In this document: positions 22,901 through 31,615 of the stretch, in pieces | Position numbering within the stretch: the first letter of the stretch is position 1 | Layout: every line of letters starts with the position of its first letter | Notes under the pieces: generated by a model | Seen by the model: the letters and a program-made list of their open reading frames with translations, nothing else | Told to the model about the DNA's origin: nothing | The model's database searches: none | Made by a program: the position numbers and the translations under genes | NCBI GenBank assembly: GCA_963827655.1 | Contig: CAWHCF010000022.1 | Coordinates: 128,001-192,000, forward strand | From: an uncultured Acidobacteriota bacterium | Lineage (GTDB): Bacteria; Acidobacteriota; UBA6911 | Direction of reading: 5' to 3' | DNA length: 64,000 nucleotides

Positions 22901-23256
22901 TTTGAGATGCCACCCCCAGGTGGCGGATTGAAGACCGTAACGCTAACCGTGGCTGCGGCGGCGATATCTCCGGACGGAATTGTTGCGTTCAGTTGGAAGG
23001 AGTTGACCACAGTCGTTGTCCGGTTGGCCCCGTTCCACCGCACGACCGATCCGCTGACGAAGTTAAAGCCGGACACAGTCAAGGTAAATCCGGGTCCGCC
23101 GGCGACGGCAAAGTTCGGAGTGATACTATTGATCCTGGGATCCGGATTGCCCTGTCCGCGAGCCATATCTCCTGAGCCCAGAAAGACGAGTCCGATGAGC
23201 GCCAGAATGACGGTTCTCGCATCGATTGACTTAGGTCGAGATCTTGTGCGTTTCAT
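19972..23256 (-). CDS. Secreted protein with nine tandem IPT/TIG (Ig-like) repeats and a C-terminal beta-rich domain
   Basis: Signal peptide, then nine repeats of about 92 aa (NPxPxITxLNP...[20 protein letters not shown]...[19 protein letters not shown]...[12 protein letters not shown]). Start placed at MKRTRS. Confidence 0.88.
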   Translation of the reverse strand: MKRTRSRPKSIDARTVILALIGLVFLGSGDMARGQGNPDPRINSITPNFAVAGGPGFTLTVSGFNFVSGSVVRWNGANRTTTVVNSFQLNATIPSGDIAAAATVSVTVFNPPPGGGISNALDFTIQPVPRITSINPASALAGGAAFTLTVVGTNFYSPDPDTGGGGSRVQWNGSDRSTSYGGNTQLTASILASDLATAGTATVTVFTPGIGTSNAATFTINNRMPQITAINPASAAAGGPAFNLTVTGTGFFSGSVVRWNGAARPTTLLPGASPTLGAAIPASDIATAGTATVTVFNPAPGGGSSNGVSFTVIGNPVPVITSLEPASAVAGGPAFTLTVNGSGFVPTNGTGSVVRWNNSNRTTTFVSATRLTAAITAADIATAGTASVTVFSAAPGGGISNAVNFAITPVNPVPTITGLNPASATAGSPAFTLTVTGTNFGNGSIVRWNEANRPTTFVSSTQLMASIPATDIATAGTASVTVFNPAPGGGTSNAVTFTITPTNPVPTITSLNPSTATAGSPAFALTVTGTNFVSGSVVRWNDSDRPTTFVTSTQLTAAIPATDIAAAGPARVRVFNPAPGGGPSNEAGFVIAPANPAPTITSLNPSTATAGSAAFTLTVTGTNFVTGSTVRWNGANRPTTFVSGTQLTAAIPAGDIATSATASITVFNPTPGGGTSNAVDFTILQTNPAPTITGLNPSTATVGSPAFTLTVTGTNFVSGSMVRWNGANRPTTFVSSTQLTAAIPATDIATAGTASVAVFNPAPGGGTSNAVAFTISQTNPVPTITGLNPASATAGSPAFTLSVSGTNFVSGSMVRWNGANRTTTFVSATQLTAAIPAGDIVAPAAASVTVFNPAPGGGVSNALNFNVLPPPQVTIGGVGDSLDSREQPSVNLTLSAAQTGVLNGQLILTFTPEAVNPSDDPAIVFISNQGRVLNFTFPANSTQAVFAGAPSAMFQTGSVAGTVNLSVFLEGALNASRNITIRRQAPTIRSVSIASRTASSFELVIDGLSNTRVVNQGEFRFTARGGGNLATTLVPVSLTNDANGWFQGEASRQFGSQFTLVVVFNVQGDISAIGSVSVTLGNGEGTSAQVSASF

Positions 23257-23324
23257 GATTGCTTTCTCCTTGAACGTCCTGATTGGCAACTACCAGTTGA
23301 GCAAAAGCGGACGGTTTCACCCTC

Positions 23325-24374
23325 TTACCTCGCGGGCAAACCGGGGACAAAAAGCGCGCGGGGCTCTTCCGCTCCGCCGTCGAGTAATAGAAGCGGCTCC
23401 TCTGAAAAGTCCGTCAAGCGAAAGACCGAAGGTCCTCCCAAGCGATACAATCCCGATGGCGCTTTCCCGCAGGGGACCTGTTTTATGACACCGCCATCCA
23501 GTTGAAGTACCGTGACGGTTGACGAATCGGAATTGGCAATAAAAATCCGCTTGTTGTCGTCGGACACCTGAACCGCAACGGGCCCCAGAATCCCATCCCT
23601 CTCCGCTGCCAGAGTCAGTCTTTCTGCCATCCCGGTCACATCACGTATCAACAGGAGCTCGTGATTTCGGCGATCGGTAATCAAGGCGTCGCGTGTGTTG
23701 CTCAAGAAAGATATGGCTGACGCCTGACCAATAACAGAAACTGGTCCGACTTCCTGGCGCTCGTTAACGACGTATACAGCCCCCGCCTCACCTTCGAAGA
23801 CTCCCAACAGCACCGCTCCCGCATCGTCGCTCACAGCCATTGCGCTCAGTGACTCCGACAAGCTGGAGATATCAATCTCGGCAACCAGCGAAGGCGCGGA
23901 GGGCAGACCTGTGATCAGTTGAATGCTATGGGTGGCGCGATGATGGAAAACAACCGAAGCGCCGGTTGGACTGAATACAACCTGATCGGGTCCGGGCTTC
24001 GCGACTCCCACCGAACTCACTTCAAGCGGGTCGCGGCTTAGATCGAGCAGGGCAATTTCTTTGCTGTCCTTGATCTCCGCTAGCACACAGTTCCGCTGAG
24101 GTGAAATCCATGCCTGCGAGATTGATATTCCAACTTCGAGAACGCCGCCAAGAGTCGAAGCTCCGGGAAATCCCAGAACGGGTCGCAGACCGCCATGGAT
24201 CTGGTCGAATACCCATCCCTGGATCGGGCCACGCATGGAGCTGGGTGAGAACGACCTCTTGCCCGGCTTGTCGCCGACCGCCTTTGTTGTTTGCTTCTGC
24301 GGCACTTGTGGCGTGGCAAGCGAAGGCGCAAGGATCGAGAACGCAAGCAGAACAAACCTTGATCTTTTTGACAT
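23325..24374 (-). CDS. Secreted putative beta-propeller protein
   Basis: Signal peptide; blade-like motifs WISPQ, VFSPTG, AVSDDA, VSDDNKRIFIANSDS. Confidence 0.65.
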   Translation of the reverse strand: MSKRSRFVLLAFSILAPSLATPQVPQKQTTKAVGDKPGKRSFSPSSMRGPIQGWVFDQIHGGLRPVLGFPGASTLGGVLEVGISISQAWISPQRNCVLAEIKDSKEIALLDLSRDPLEVSSVGVAKPGPDQVVFSPTGASVVFHHRATHSIQLITGLPSAPSLVAEIDISSLSESLSAMAVSDDAGAVLLGVFEGEAGAVYVVNERQEVGPVSVIGQASAISFLSNTRDALITDRRNHELLLIRDVTGMAERLTLAAERDGILGPVAVQVSDDNKRIFIANSDSSTVTVLQLDGGVIKQVPCGKAPSGLYRLGGPSVFRLTDFSEEPLLLLDGGAEEPRALFVPGLPAR

Positions 24375-24506
24375 GATCCATTCCTCTTCTTCTTCCGGCC
24401 GGTCCATTTCCCTGCGCAGGGAGCGCGCTACATCACCACAATTCTTCCACGCCCTTTTGCCGCGAGAATGATTCAGCCGGTGGGTTTTCGAAATCGTGAA
24501 CGATGT

Positions 24507-25130
24507 CTAAGGCTGCCGAGGCGGACCGAAGGTCGTTCGCCCTGGAGTAACGGTCGTGGGGGGCGGCGTTGAAGGGGCGTCGTTACCACCGCCGGAGGCA
24601 GCCACCGCGCCAACGGCCGCCGCCCCTCCAACAATCGCAAGTATCGTGATCAGTTTCGCGGAAATCCCACCGGCAGCTGCCGCCCCGGCCAGAGCATTGC
24701 TCTGGGTAACGGCGCTGCTGGTGGTAGCTCCTTGATGAGAGACATCCACTCGAATCTTGTATTGTCCCGCAGTCTGGTTCGGTTTAAGCCCCCGGGCGAC
24801 TGCCTGCCCCTTGGTATCGGTATGGACGATCAGGCTCTTGCTTCCATCGGCAAAGATTCCACTCGCCCCACGGTCGGGCAACGTGAACACAACCATGGCG
24901 CCTGCCACCGGCCGATCGTTTTCATCCTGGACCTGGACGATTGGCTCGCGCGCCGTGCCCAATTTGATGCTATTAACGGCGCCTTCGCCGTCCAGGATCA
25001 GAATCTTCAGCTTGGGGGGTGAAGCCACTTGCGCCTGCATGGGTGATGACCAATTGTGGAGTAGCATCAAGCACGTGAGCGTTACAGCAACACAGCGTAC
25101 CTTCACAGGAGAAAAGCTAATCAGTGACAT
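24507..25130 (-). CDS. Secreted Ig-like (Big_1-like) domain protein with C-terminal hydrophobic helix
   Basis: VQVQDENDRPVAGAMVVFTLP...TDTKGQAVA; C-terminal TILAIVGGAAAVGAVAA followed by a Pro/Thr tail. Confidence 0.7.
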   Translation of the reverse strand: MSLISFSPVKVRCVAVTLTCLMLLHNWSSPMQAQVASPPKLKILILDGEGAVNSIKLGTAREPIVQVQDENDRPVAGAMVVFTLPDRGASGIFADGSKSLIVHTDTKGQAVARGLKPNQTAGQYKIRVDVSHQGATTSSAVTQSNALAGAAAAGGISAKLITILAIVGGAAAVGAVAASGGGNDAPSTPPPTTVTPGRTTFGPPRQP

Positions 25131-25376
25131 CTCCTAGTCCTTTCTGGAATTGTTCCCGGGTTCCGGGCGAGCGCCTCGTATTTCAAAGAACGATGCAAAG
25201 CCTGCTCCCGGATCAAGAATCCTTTGAGATGAAGCAATTAGATGAAACGATCGCGTACACTGAAGTCACGATAGTGAAGCCTTCTGATTTTGAAGGTCGG
25301 AGTTTAAGCTTGAGTGTCCGTCGCGTCCCATGTTATTTTTTGCTAACCCACCCAACCGATCAACGTGCAAGGAATC

Positions 25377-26114
25377 ATGTCAACCAAGAGCCTTTCGATA
25401 GTGATACTCCTCAGCGTATCGTTTCTGAAAAGTTCGGTTCTTTCTCAGACAGAGAAAAAGCTCACGGCGCGAGATCTGTTCCTGTCGAACGAGACGCCGG
25501 CGGTATCTAAGGTGGAGCCTGCTCCAGGATCGAAGATCAATGTCAAAGGGCCCAAGGCCACGACGCCGGTACCGCTGGGCCTGCGCTACAGCCTTTTGAA
25601 ACAGAACCGCAATAACCAGGCCGAAGAGGTGGATCCGGACACTATTTTCCATTCTGGAGACAGAATCCGTCTGAGCCTCGAGTCTAATGACAGCGGTTAC
25701 CTTTATGTCGTCCAGCGCGGTACCAGCGGACGGTGGACACTGCTGTTCCCATCTAAAGAAATTCTGGGTGGCAAGAACACCATCGAGAAAGGTGAGCGTC
25801 ATGAGATCCCGCTTGGAGATGTTTGGTTCGCCTTTGATCAGCAACCTGGGATCGAGAAGCTCTTCCTGGTTCTCTCGCGCGAGCCCGAATCCGATTTAGA
25901 GAAGCTGATCAAGCCTTCAGGTCAGAACGCAGCACCGGTTCTATCACTAGAGAACGCTACAGTGGGGAAAATTCGCAGCCAGGTCGCCGCTCGAGACCTG
26001 GTCTTCGAAAAGGTCAGCGAAGGGAGCTCTGGCGAAAAAGCAATCTACGTGGTGAATCATACAGGCAATACCAACGCCAGAGTCGTGGTGGACTTGAATC
26101 TAACGCATCGATGA
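25377..26114 (+). CDS. Secreted DUF4384 domain protein (no. 2)
   Basis: Signal peptide; FHSGDRIRLSLESNDSGYLYV...LLFP...PGIEKLFLVLS. Confidence 0.85.
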   Translation: MSTKSLSIVILLSVSFLKSSVLSQTEKKLTARDLFLSNETPAVSKVEPAPGSKINVKGPKATTPVPLGLRYSLLKQNRNNQAEEVDPDTIFHSGDRIRLSLESNDSGYLYVVQRGTSGRWTLLFPSKEILGGKNTIEKGERHEIPLGDVWFAFDQQPGIEKLFLVLSREPESDLEKLIKPSGQNAAPVLSLENATVGKIRSQVAARDLVFEKVSEGSSGEKAIYVVNHTGNTNARVVVDLNLTHR

Positions 26115-26159
26115 CACGTATGGGAGCGCCGGATGTGACCGGCCCCCTTCATTAATAAC

Positions 26160-26897
26160 ATGCGCAATCGTCGGACCGTCCACGAACTTGTCGAATTGTT
26201 GTTTGGGGCCATCGTTCTGCTGGCGCCTTCCTCGCCGGCGGCCCTTTGTCAAACCGGTCCTCCTGCGCAGGAATCCCTTCGCCTCGAGATAACCCTTGAA
26301 CGAAAGGTAGAAGATGAATGGCGAATCGCGGATCCTGGTCTGGTTTTTGAACAGAATGACGAATTGCGGTTTCGCCTCCGTGGCAATTTCGACGGCTACC
26401 TCTACGTGATGAACCTGAACACGTCGGGTCAGTACGTATTGCTTTTCCCGCGGGAGGACACCGGGCAGGCGAACCGGATCCAAGCGCACAAGGAATATCT
26501 TGTGCCCCCGACAGAAGGCTGGTTTCGCATCACAGGGCCGGCTGGATATGAAATAGTTTACTGGCTGGTCAGCCCGGTACCATTGCAAAATGAAACCATC
26601 GATTCAAAACCAGCCTTCGCTCCCGTCCCTCCTCCAGAATCGGGCAGGCCCCCGGCCACTCTCTTGCCTCGATGCGACGATTCAATCTTCAAAGCCCGCG
26701 GCGACTGTATCGATACTTCTGCCGGACCCAAAGGCGTTGGCGCTGCGGAGAATTTGCCGGAGAATCTGACCGGTATTGCGCGCGCCGCCGCTTCGCGGGA
26801 CCTGGTCTTCAGCCAGATGGAGAATTCGACCGTGATTTCATCTCCCGCCTCGTTGAAAGGGCCGGTGATTTTCGAGTTTCGTCTCGCTCATAGGTGA
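26160..26897 (+). CDS. Secreted DUF4384 domain protein (no. 3)
   Basis: FEQNDELRFRLRGNFDGYLYV...LLFP...PAGYEIVYWLVSP. Confidence 0.82.
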   Translation: MRNRRTVHELVELLFGAIVLLAPSSPAALCQTGPPAQESLRLEITLERKVEDEWRIADPGLVFEQNDELRFRLRGNFDGYLYVMNLNTSGQYVLLFPREDTGQANRIQAHKEYLVPPTEGWFRITGPAGYEIVYWLVSPVPLQNETIDSKPAFAPVPPPESGRPPATLLPRCDDSIFKARGDCIDTSAGPKGVGAAENLPENLTGIARAAASRDLVFSQMENSTVISSPASLKGPVIFEFRLAHR

Positions 26898-29053
26898 CGG
26901 CCATGCAATGGAGACGCAGCGCTGCGCTTACCATCCTTCTATGTCTGGCACTGTCGTGCTTCGCTCAGGAAAAACAGCGCGACCTCCGGATTGAGAAATC
27001 AACGCCGCCTGCGCAATCTGCCGTCGTCATTCCACGGAGTTACGCTCTGGTGGTCGGAATCTCCCAGTATCCTAATCTGCTGCCGAAGGATCAGCTCAGA
27101 TTTACCGAACGTGATGCCGAAAAGATTTATTCCATCCTGATAAGTCCCGCCGGCGGTAATTTCAAAGCCGAGAACGTCCACAGGCTGATCGGTCCCAAAG
27201 CAACCCTGCAAAGCCTGCGCCGAGAGCTTGAGGAATGGCTCCCCACGGTCGCGAAGGACGAAGACCGGGTCCTGGTTTATTTTGCCGGTCACGGGTTTGT
27301 CTTCAATGGCAAGGCTTATCTGGCTCCTTACGATATCGACCCGAAGAAAATCGCCGCCACGGGTTATCCGATGGATTCCTTGGGACGGGTGATCGGCAGC
27401 GGAATCAAGGCCAGATACAAGGTGCTCTTGACCGACTCTTGCCACAGCGGCGCAATCACACCTTATACCGACAGCCAGATGGTGAATCGGTCCCTGCTGG
27501 ATCTCGACCGCTCACTCTTTTCTTTAACGGCCAGTCGCGATCGCGAGAGTTCTTTCGAGAGTCCCGACTGGGGGGGAGGTCACGGAATCTTCACTTACTA
27601 CGTAGCGAAAGGTATGGAGGGAGAGGCCGACCAGGACCAGAACGGCATCGTCACCGCGGATGAGCTGGCTGAATACGTTCGCCGTAATGTGCGCGAGGCG
27701 ACCCAGGCAAAGCAAAATCCGACTGCCGAGCGCGGCAGTTTCGATCCCGCCCTGCCATTGTCTTACCTCACGGAGATTCTTAAACAACGCGCGCGGGTCA
27801 TGCCGGCGTCCGATTTCGGGACCCTGGTGATCGAAACCAATGTGGACGGCGTGGAAGTCTACGTTGACGGCAAGTCAGAAGGGGTGGTCAACAAGGGAGT
27901 CCCGCTCAAGCTCCAGGGACTCCGTCCGGGGGCCCACACGGTCAAGGGCGTGAAGATGGGATATGAGCCCGATGGCCCGCGGGAGGAAATGGTCTATCCG
28001 GGTCAAGAAACCACGGTCTCGATCAGAATCCTGATTCCACGCCGGCGAAGTAACGCCGTTCTGGAGTTGCTGGATAAAGGGCTGGAATACTACAACAAGG
28101 GCTACGCCCCGAATTACCGCAAGGCAGCGGAGCTGTTCGAAAAGGCCTTGACGCAGGATGCCACTTACAGCCAGGCCGCTCTCTACCTGGGTCGAACCTA
28201 CCACGCGCTCAACGAGCACGAGTCAGCCGGGAAATACTTTCGCCGCGCGATCGAGATCGATCCTGACTACGTGGAAGCGCGGGCAAGCTTCGCCGGCATG
28301 TTGCTGGATCTCGGCAACGTCGACGAAGCCATACGGCAACTCAATGCCGTGGTGCAGCGTGACCCCAACCATGCGCTGGCGCACTACTTGCTCGCTCAAG
28401 CGTTTCGTATGAAAGACCTCTACTCGGACTCCATCGAGTCAGCCCGCAAAGCTATAAGTCTCAAGCCCAACAATGCCGAGGCCCACTTCTGGCTGGCGGA
28501 AAGCCTTCGGATGCGAGCGGATGAAATCTCTGGAGCCGCGTCTCCAAAAGGTACCAGGGTCGAGTTCGAAGGTTCGCGAACGCCCGCTTCCGAAGCCGTG
28601 GTTTACTTGAAGCAGGCCAAGACCGAATACCTGGAATACCTGCGGCTGAGCGATTTTGACAGCAAGCTGCTAGGCAAGCTCGACTATTACGTGAAAGGGT
28701 TTTTAATAGGCAAAGGAAAGAAAACGCGGGCGTCACAACAAGATCTCTGGAAGGACCTCCGCAGCCTGGCGTATTTTGGATTGGGGGACTGCGAGCGTCT
28801 TCTTTTGCAACCTGATCTGGCGATTGACTATTACCAGAAGTCCGCTTCCTACGATCCTAAAGACCCGCTGATCTATTGGGCCCTCGGTCTGGCATTCTCC
28901 GGCAAAGCCGAAATGACCCAAACCACCGAAGGGTTATCCGAAGCGCGCGCATATTTCCTCAAGATGCTCGATCTTAATCCTCACTTGACCCAGGCCGAGA
29001 GAGCCAAGAAGTACGTGGCTAGAATCGATGCAGCTCTGCAGGAGCGCCGATAG
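26894..29053 (+). CDS. Exported caspase-family (peptidase C14) protein with PEGA and TPR domains
   Basis: Signal peptide; YALVVGISQY; intact dyad YFAGHG and DSCHSG; HGIFTY; PEGA (GTLVIETNVDGVEVYVDG); multiple TPRs. GTGA overlap with DUF4384 no. 3. Confidence 0.9.
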   Translation: MTAMQWRRSAALTILLCLALSCFAQEKQRDLRIEKSTPPAQSAVVIPRSYALVVGISQYPNLLPKDQLRFTERDAEKIYSILISPAGGNFKAENVHRLIGPKATLQSLRRELEEWLPTVAKDEDRVLVYFAGHGFVFNGKAYLAPYDIDPKKIAATGYPMDSLGRVIGSGIKARYKVLLTDSCHSGAITPYTDSQMVNRSLLDLDRSLFSLTASRDRESSFESPDWGGGHGIFTYYVAKGMEGEADQDQNGIVTADELAEYVRRNVREATQAKQNPTAERGSFDPALPLSYLTEILKQRARVMPASDFGTLVIETNVDGVEVYVDGKSEGVVNKGVPLKLQGLRPGAHTVKGVKMGYEPDGPREEMVYPGQETTVSIRILIPRRRSNAVLELLDKGLEYYNKGYAPNYRKAAELFEKALTQDATYSQAALYLGRTYHALNEHESAGKYFRRAIEIDPDYVEARASFAGMLLDLGNVDEAIRQLNAVVQRDPNHALAHYLLAQAFRMKDLYSDSIESARKAISLKPNNAEAHFWLAESLRMRADEISGAASPKGTRVEFEGSRTPASEAVVYLKQAKTEYLEYLRLSDFDSKLLGKLDYYVKGFLIGKGKKTRASQQDLWKDLRSLAYFGLGDCERLLLQPDLAIDYYQKSASYDPKDPLIYWALGLAFSGKAEMTQTTEGLSEARAYFLKMLDLNPHLTQAERAKKYVARIDAALQERR

Positions 29054-29136
29054 GTTCAAGCCTGGTGTTTTCTTCGTGTCTTCGTGGTAGAGCTGCTAAA
29101 CAAATACCGCTAAGACGCAAAGACGAACAGTGACTT

Positions 29137-29360
29137 GGGCTCGTTCGCAGAAATAATTTCGCATTCTGGCCGAAAATCAGTCATTAATCATGAACCGGTT
29201 TCTGTTCCTAAGCGCGTGAGGATTGCGCCCCTTCGGGTGCGGTCCGCAGGCCCGCTGGCTTTTGCTCACTCCTCACGTAACGCACGGGTACTCATCGTGC
29301 TCGCGCCTCGCCAGCAGGCTTGGGGGTCTGCAGCAGAATCACTTATTTCTGCGCGAACCC
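29137..29360. mobile_element. MITE-like element, copy 2 (inverted, about 224 bp)
   Basis: Reverse-complement homolog of 484-660 (shares AATCATGAACCGGTTTCTGTTC and the TIRs) with about 50 extra internal bp. It abuts TTA, the stop codon of tagJ. Confidence 0.78.
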
Positions 29361-30161
29361 TTAGTCGAGTTCTTGATCGATTTCCGAAAAATTGATTTCT
29401 TCTATCTCGAGCATGGGTATTTCCTGTCCGTCTATCAGGAAAAGCCTTTGCCCGATGCCGCGGGACAGCCCCTCGCCGAGATCAATCCAATCAGTCAGGC
29501 GTCCAAGTTTCATAGCCTCGTCATGGTGCCCGCTCGAGCCCGGATAGATCACCGGCAGGCGCACTTCACCCAAAGAGCCTCCGCTCGCATGAACCTTCGC
29601 CCGTACCCAAATACGATCTCGCGACTCGACCGGCCGGATTATCTCGATCCAGCGTATCTGCTCAAACGGCAACCAGACATACTTCCTGTCCGTAAACACC
29701 TCCAGGAAGGGTCCCAGGAAAACGTCTGCATCCCCGAATTCCTCGAAGACCTCGCCGTCTACCTCCCCGGCTAGCGCCGGCTGCAGATCCAGCGCCCGTT
29801 CCAACAGTTCACTGGCCCTGGAACAACGCTTTTCCTTCAGCGCCTCGATATGCAGGGCGGCATACTCCGGGGGGGCAGTCAGAAAATGGGGTTCGCCTTG
29901 CGCCTCAAAAAAAGCGCGGCGCGCCTTCTCGGCGGCAAGAACCTGAAAGCAGGTTTCAACCGCAGGCTGCATCGCTCCATACTGATCTCCAACATGATCG
30001 AGCTGCTCACCGCCCTGGTCCAGTTCGCCGGCGAGGCAGAGCAGCTCAAAGAAAAAGAGGCGCGTGCTGATGTCCTCAGGCGTATCCTTCAGGCTTTCCT
30101 TTACCTGCCCGATAGCCAGTGAAAGCTGCCCTCGGTCCAGAAGATGTATGGCTTTAACCAT
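29361..30161 (-). CDS. tagJ: ImpE/SciE family (T6SS accessory TagJ-like) protein
   Basis: RLFFFELLCLAGE, DADVFLGPFLEV, YVWLPFEQI, RDRIWVRA, LPVIYPGS, KLGRLTDW, GIGQRLF. Confidence 0.85.
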   Translation of the reverse strand: MVKAIHLLDRGQLSLAIGQVKESLKDTPEDISTRLFFFELLCLAGELDQGGEQLDHVGDQYGAMQPAVETCFQVLAAEKARRAFFEAQGEPHFLTAPPEYAALHIEALKEKRCSRASELLERALDLQPALAGEVDGEVFEEFGDADVFLGPFLEVFTDRKYVWLPFEQIRWIEIIRPVESRDRIWVRAKVHASGGSLGEVRLPVIYPGSSGHHDEAMKLGRLTDWIDLGEGLSRGIGQRLFLIDGQEIPMLEIEEINFSEIDQELD

Positions 30162-30596
30162 GAGACAAAACTGCTATGGGTCGCGCCGCGCGATCGTCGC
30201 CCGGACACAACGCGCGAAATTCGTATCGGTTCAGGGCCACTGAAGTCCAACGTCCTCTGGTTTCGAGAAATCTACCTGGGTGCGCGAATCCGGCTTCGTG
30301 CAAGGCTGTGGTCAAGCTCTCGGCTGTTGATTGACAAACGTCCTTCTCGTAGAGTGATGGCCTGCGGTTGTTACAAGGGTTGAAGTATCGCATTGCGTTT
30401 TTGCCGAACGGGGGAACTGAGTGCAGTTTAAGACCAGGCATCGCCATGGACAACGGAAAACTGAGTCAAACCGATTTACGATTGACGATTGACGATTTAA
30501 CCGATGAAACAACCGATTTGACGGATCGACCGGCCGATACGTTATCGATAATCATGCGACTAACACCAGGGCAGTTCGTAATGGAGGAACTCCGCA

Positions 30597-31541
30597 ATGA
30601 AAATACGGTTGAACTCTATTTTTCGAGGGTCCCTTGGTGCAGAGAAGGCTCACAACTCTGGCAGCCGGGGCTCGATCCACACACACAGAGCCGTGGAGAT
30701 ACGAAGGCACAGAGCGTTGTCATTCTTTGTTTTCTGTGTCTCGGTGTCTCTCTGGCTGATTTCGCCGTCGCAATCGGGTGCAGCGTTAGCCCGGCGGCTC
30801 GAGGCTCGCTTCCCGGCTGCTGGTGCTTCGACGCCGCCACTACAGGCACAGCCAGGTGCGGCGAAGAAACCGAGCCGGGCCGGGCAGACGGCTCCCGCAG
30901 CCGAGAAAAAACCTCAAGCCGTCGCAGCACAGCGCGATCCCGGGCTTTACATGACGTTCGAGACTACCCTGGGCAGCATCACATGCAAGCTTTATGAAAA
31001 AGAAGCGCCGATCACGGTCCGAACCATCGTCGGGCTGGCACTGGGAAAACAGTCTTATCTGGATCCACGGACAAAACAAAAGGTCACGGGAAAGCGATTC
31101 TACGACGGACTCACCTTCCACCGCGTTATTCCGGAATTCATGATTCAAGGGGGAGACCCGCTCGGCAATGGTACAGGCGGCCCCGAAGGTCCGGGCTTCC
31201 CGTTCGAAGACGAGTTTGTGCCGACGCTCCGGTTCGATGTTCCAGGACGACTGGCAATGGCCAATGCCGGGCCCCGGACTAATTCGAGCCAGTTCTTCAT
31301 AACCGAGGATCCAACAACCGCCTTGAACAACAGGCACACTATCTTCGGTCAATGCGGAAACCTCGACGTAGTAAAGGCGATAGCGCGGGTGCCGACGCGG
31401 GAGGACCGTCCCATCAAGCCCGTAATAATGAAGCGCGTTGTCGTGGAACGTGTCGGCCCCGCGCCGCCGAACGCGCCTGAAGCCATGCCCGCGGTGAAGA
31501 AGGCTCCTGCGCCAGTGAAGAAGTCTTCGAAGAAACCGTAA
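30597..31541 (+). CDS. Cyclophilin-type peptidyl-prolyl isomerase, probably exported
   Basis: FYDGLTFHRVIPEFMIQGGDP, LAMANAGPRTNSSQFFIT; GGAGGA RBS before ATG 30597. Confidence 0.9.
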   Translation: MKIRLNSIFRGSLGAEKAHNSGSRGSIHTHRAVEIRRHRALSFFVFCVSVSLWLISPSQSGAALARRLEARFPAAGASTPPLQAQPGAAKKPSRAGQTAPAAEKKPQAVAAQRDPGLYMTFETTLGSITCKLYEKEAPITVRTIVGLALGKQSYLDPRTKQKVTGKRFYDGLTFHRVIPEFMIQGGDPLGNGTGGPEGPGFPFEDEFVPTLRFDVPGRLAMANAGPRTNSSQFFITEDPTTALNNRHTIFGQCGNLDVVKAIARVPTREDRPIKPVIMKRVVVERVGPAPPNAPEAMPAVKKAPAPVKKSSKKP

Positions 31542-31615
31542 GGTTGGGTGTGATTTCGTGTTTCTGTTGCGTCTTCGAGACAATATCGCGGTGAATGCTG
31601 AACCACCGAGCATCT

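Noticed and set aside
29361-30161. A type VI secretion cluster
   Set aside because: Only the TagJ-like gene is present, with no core tss, hcp or vgrG genes in the window.
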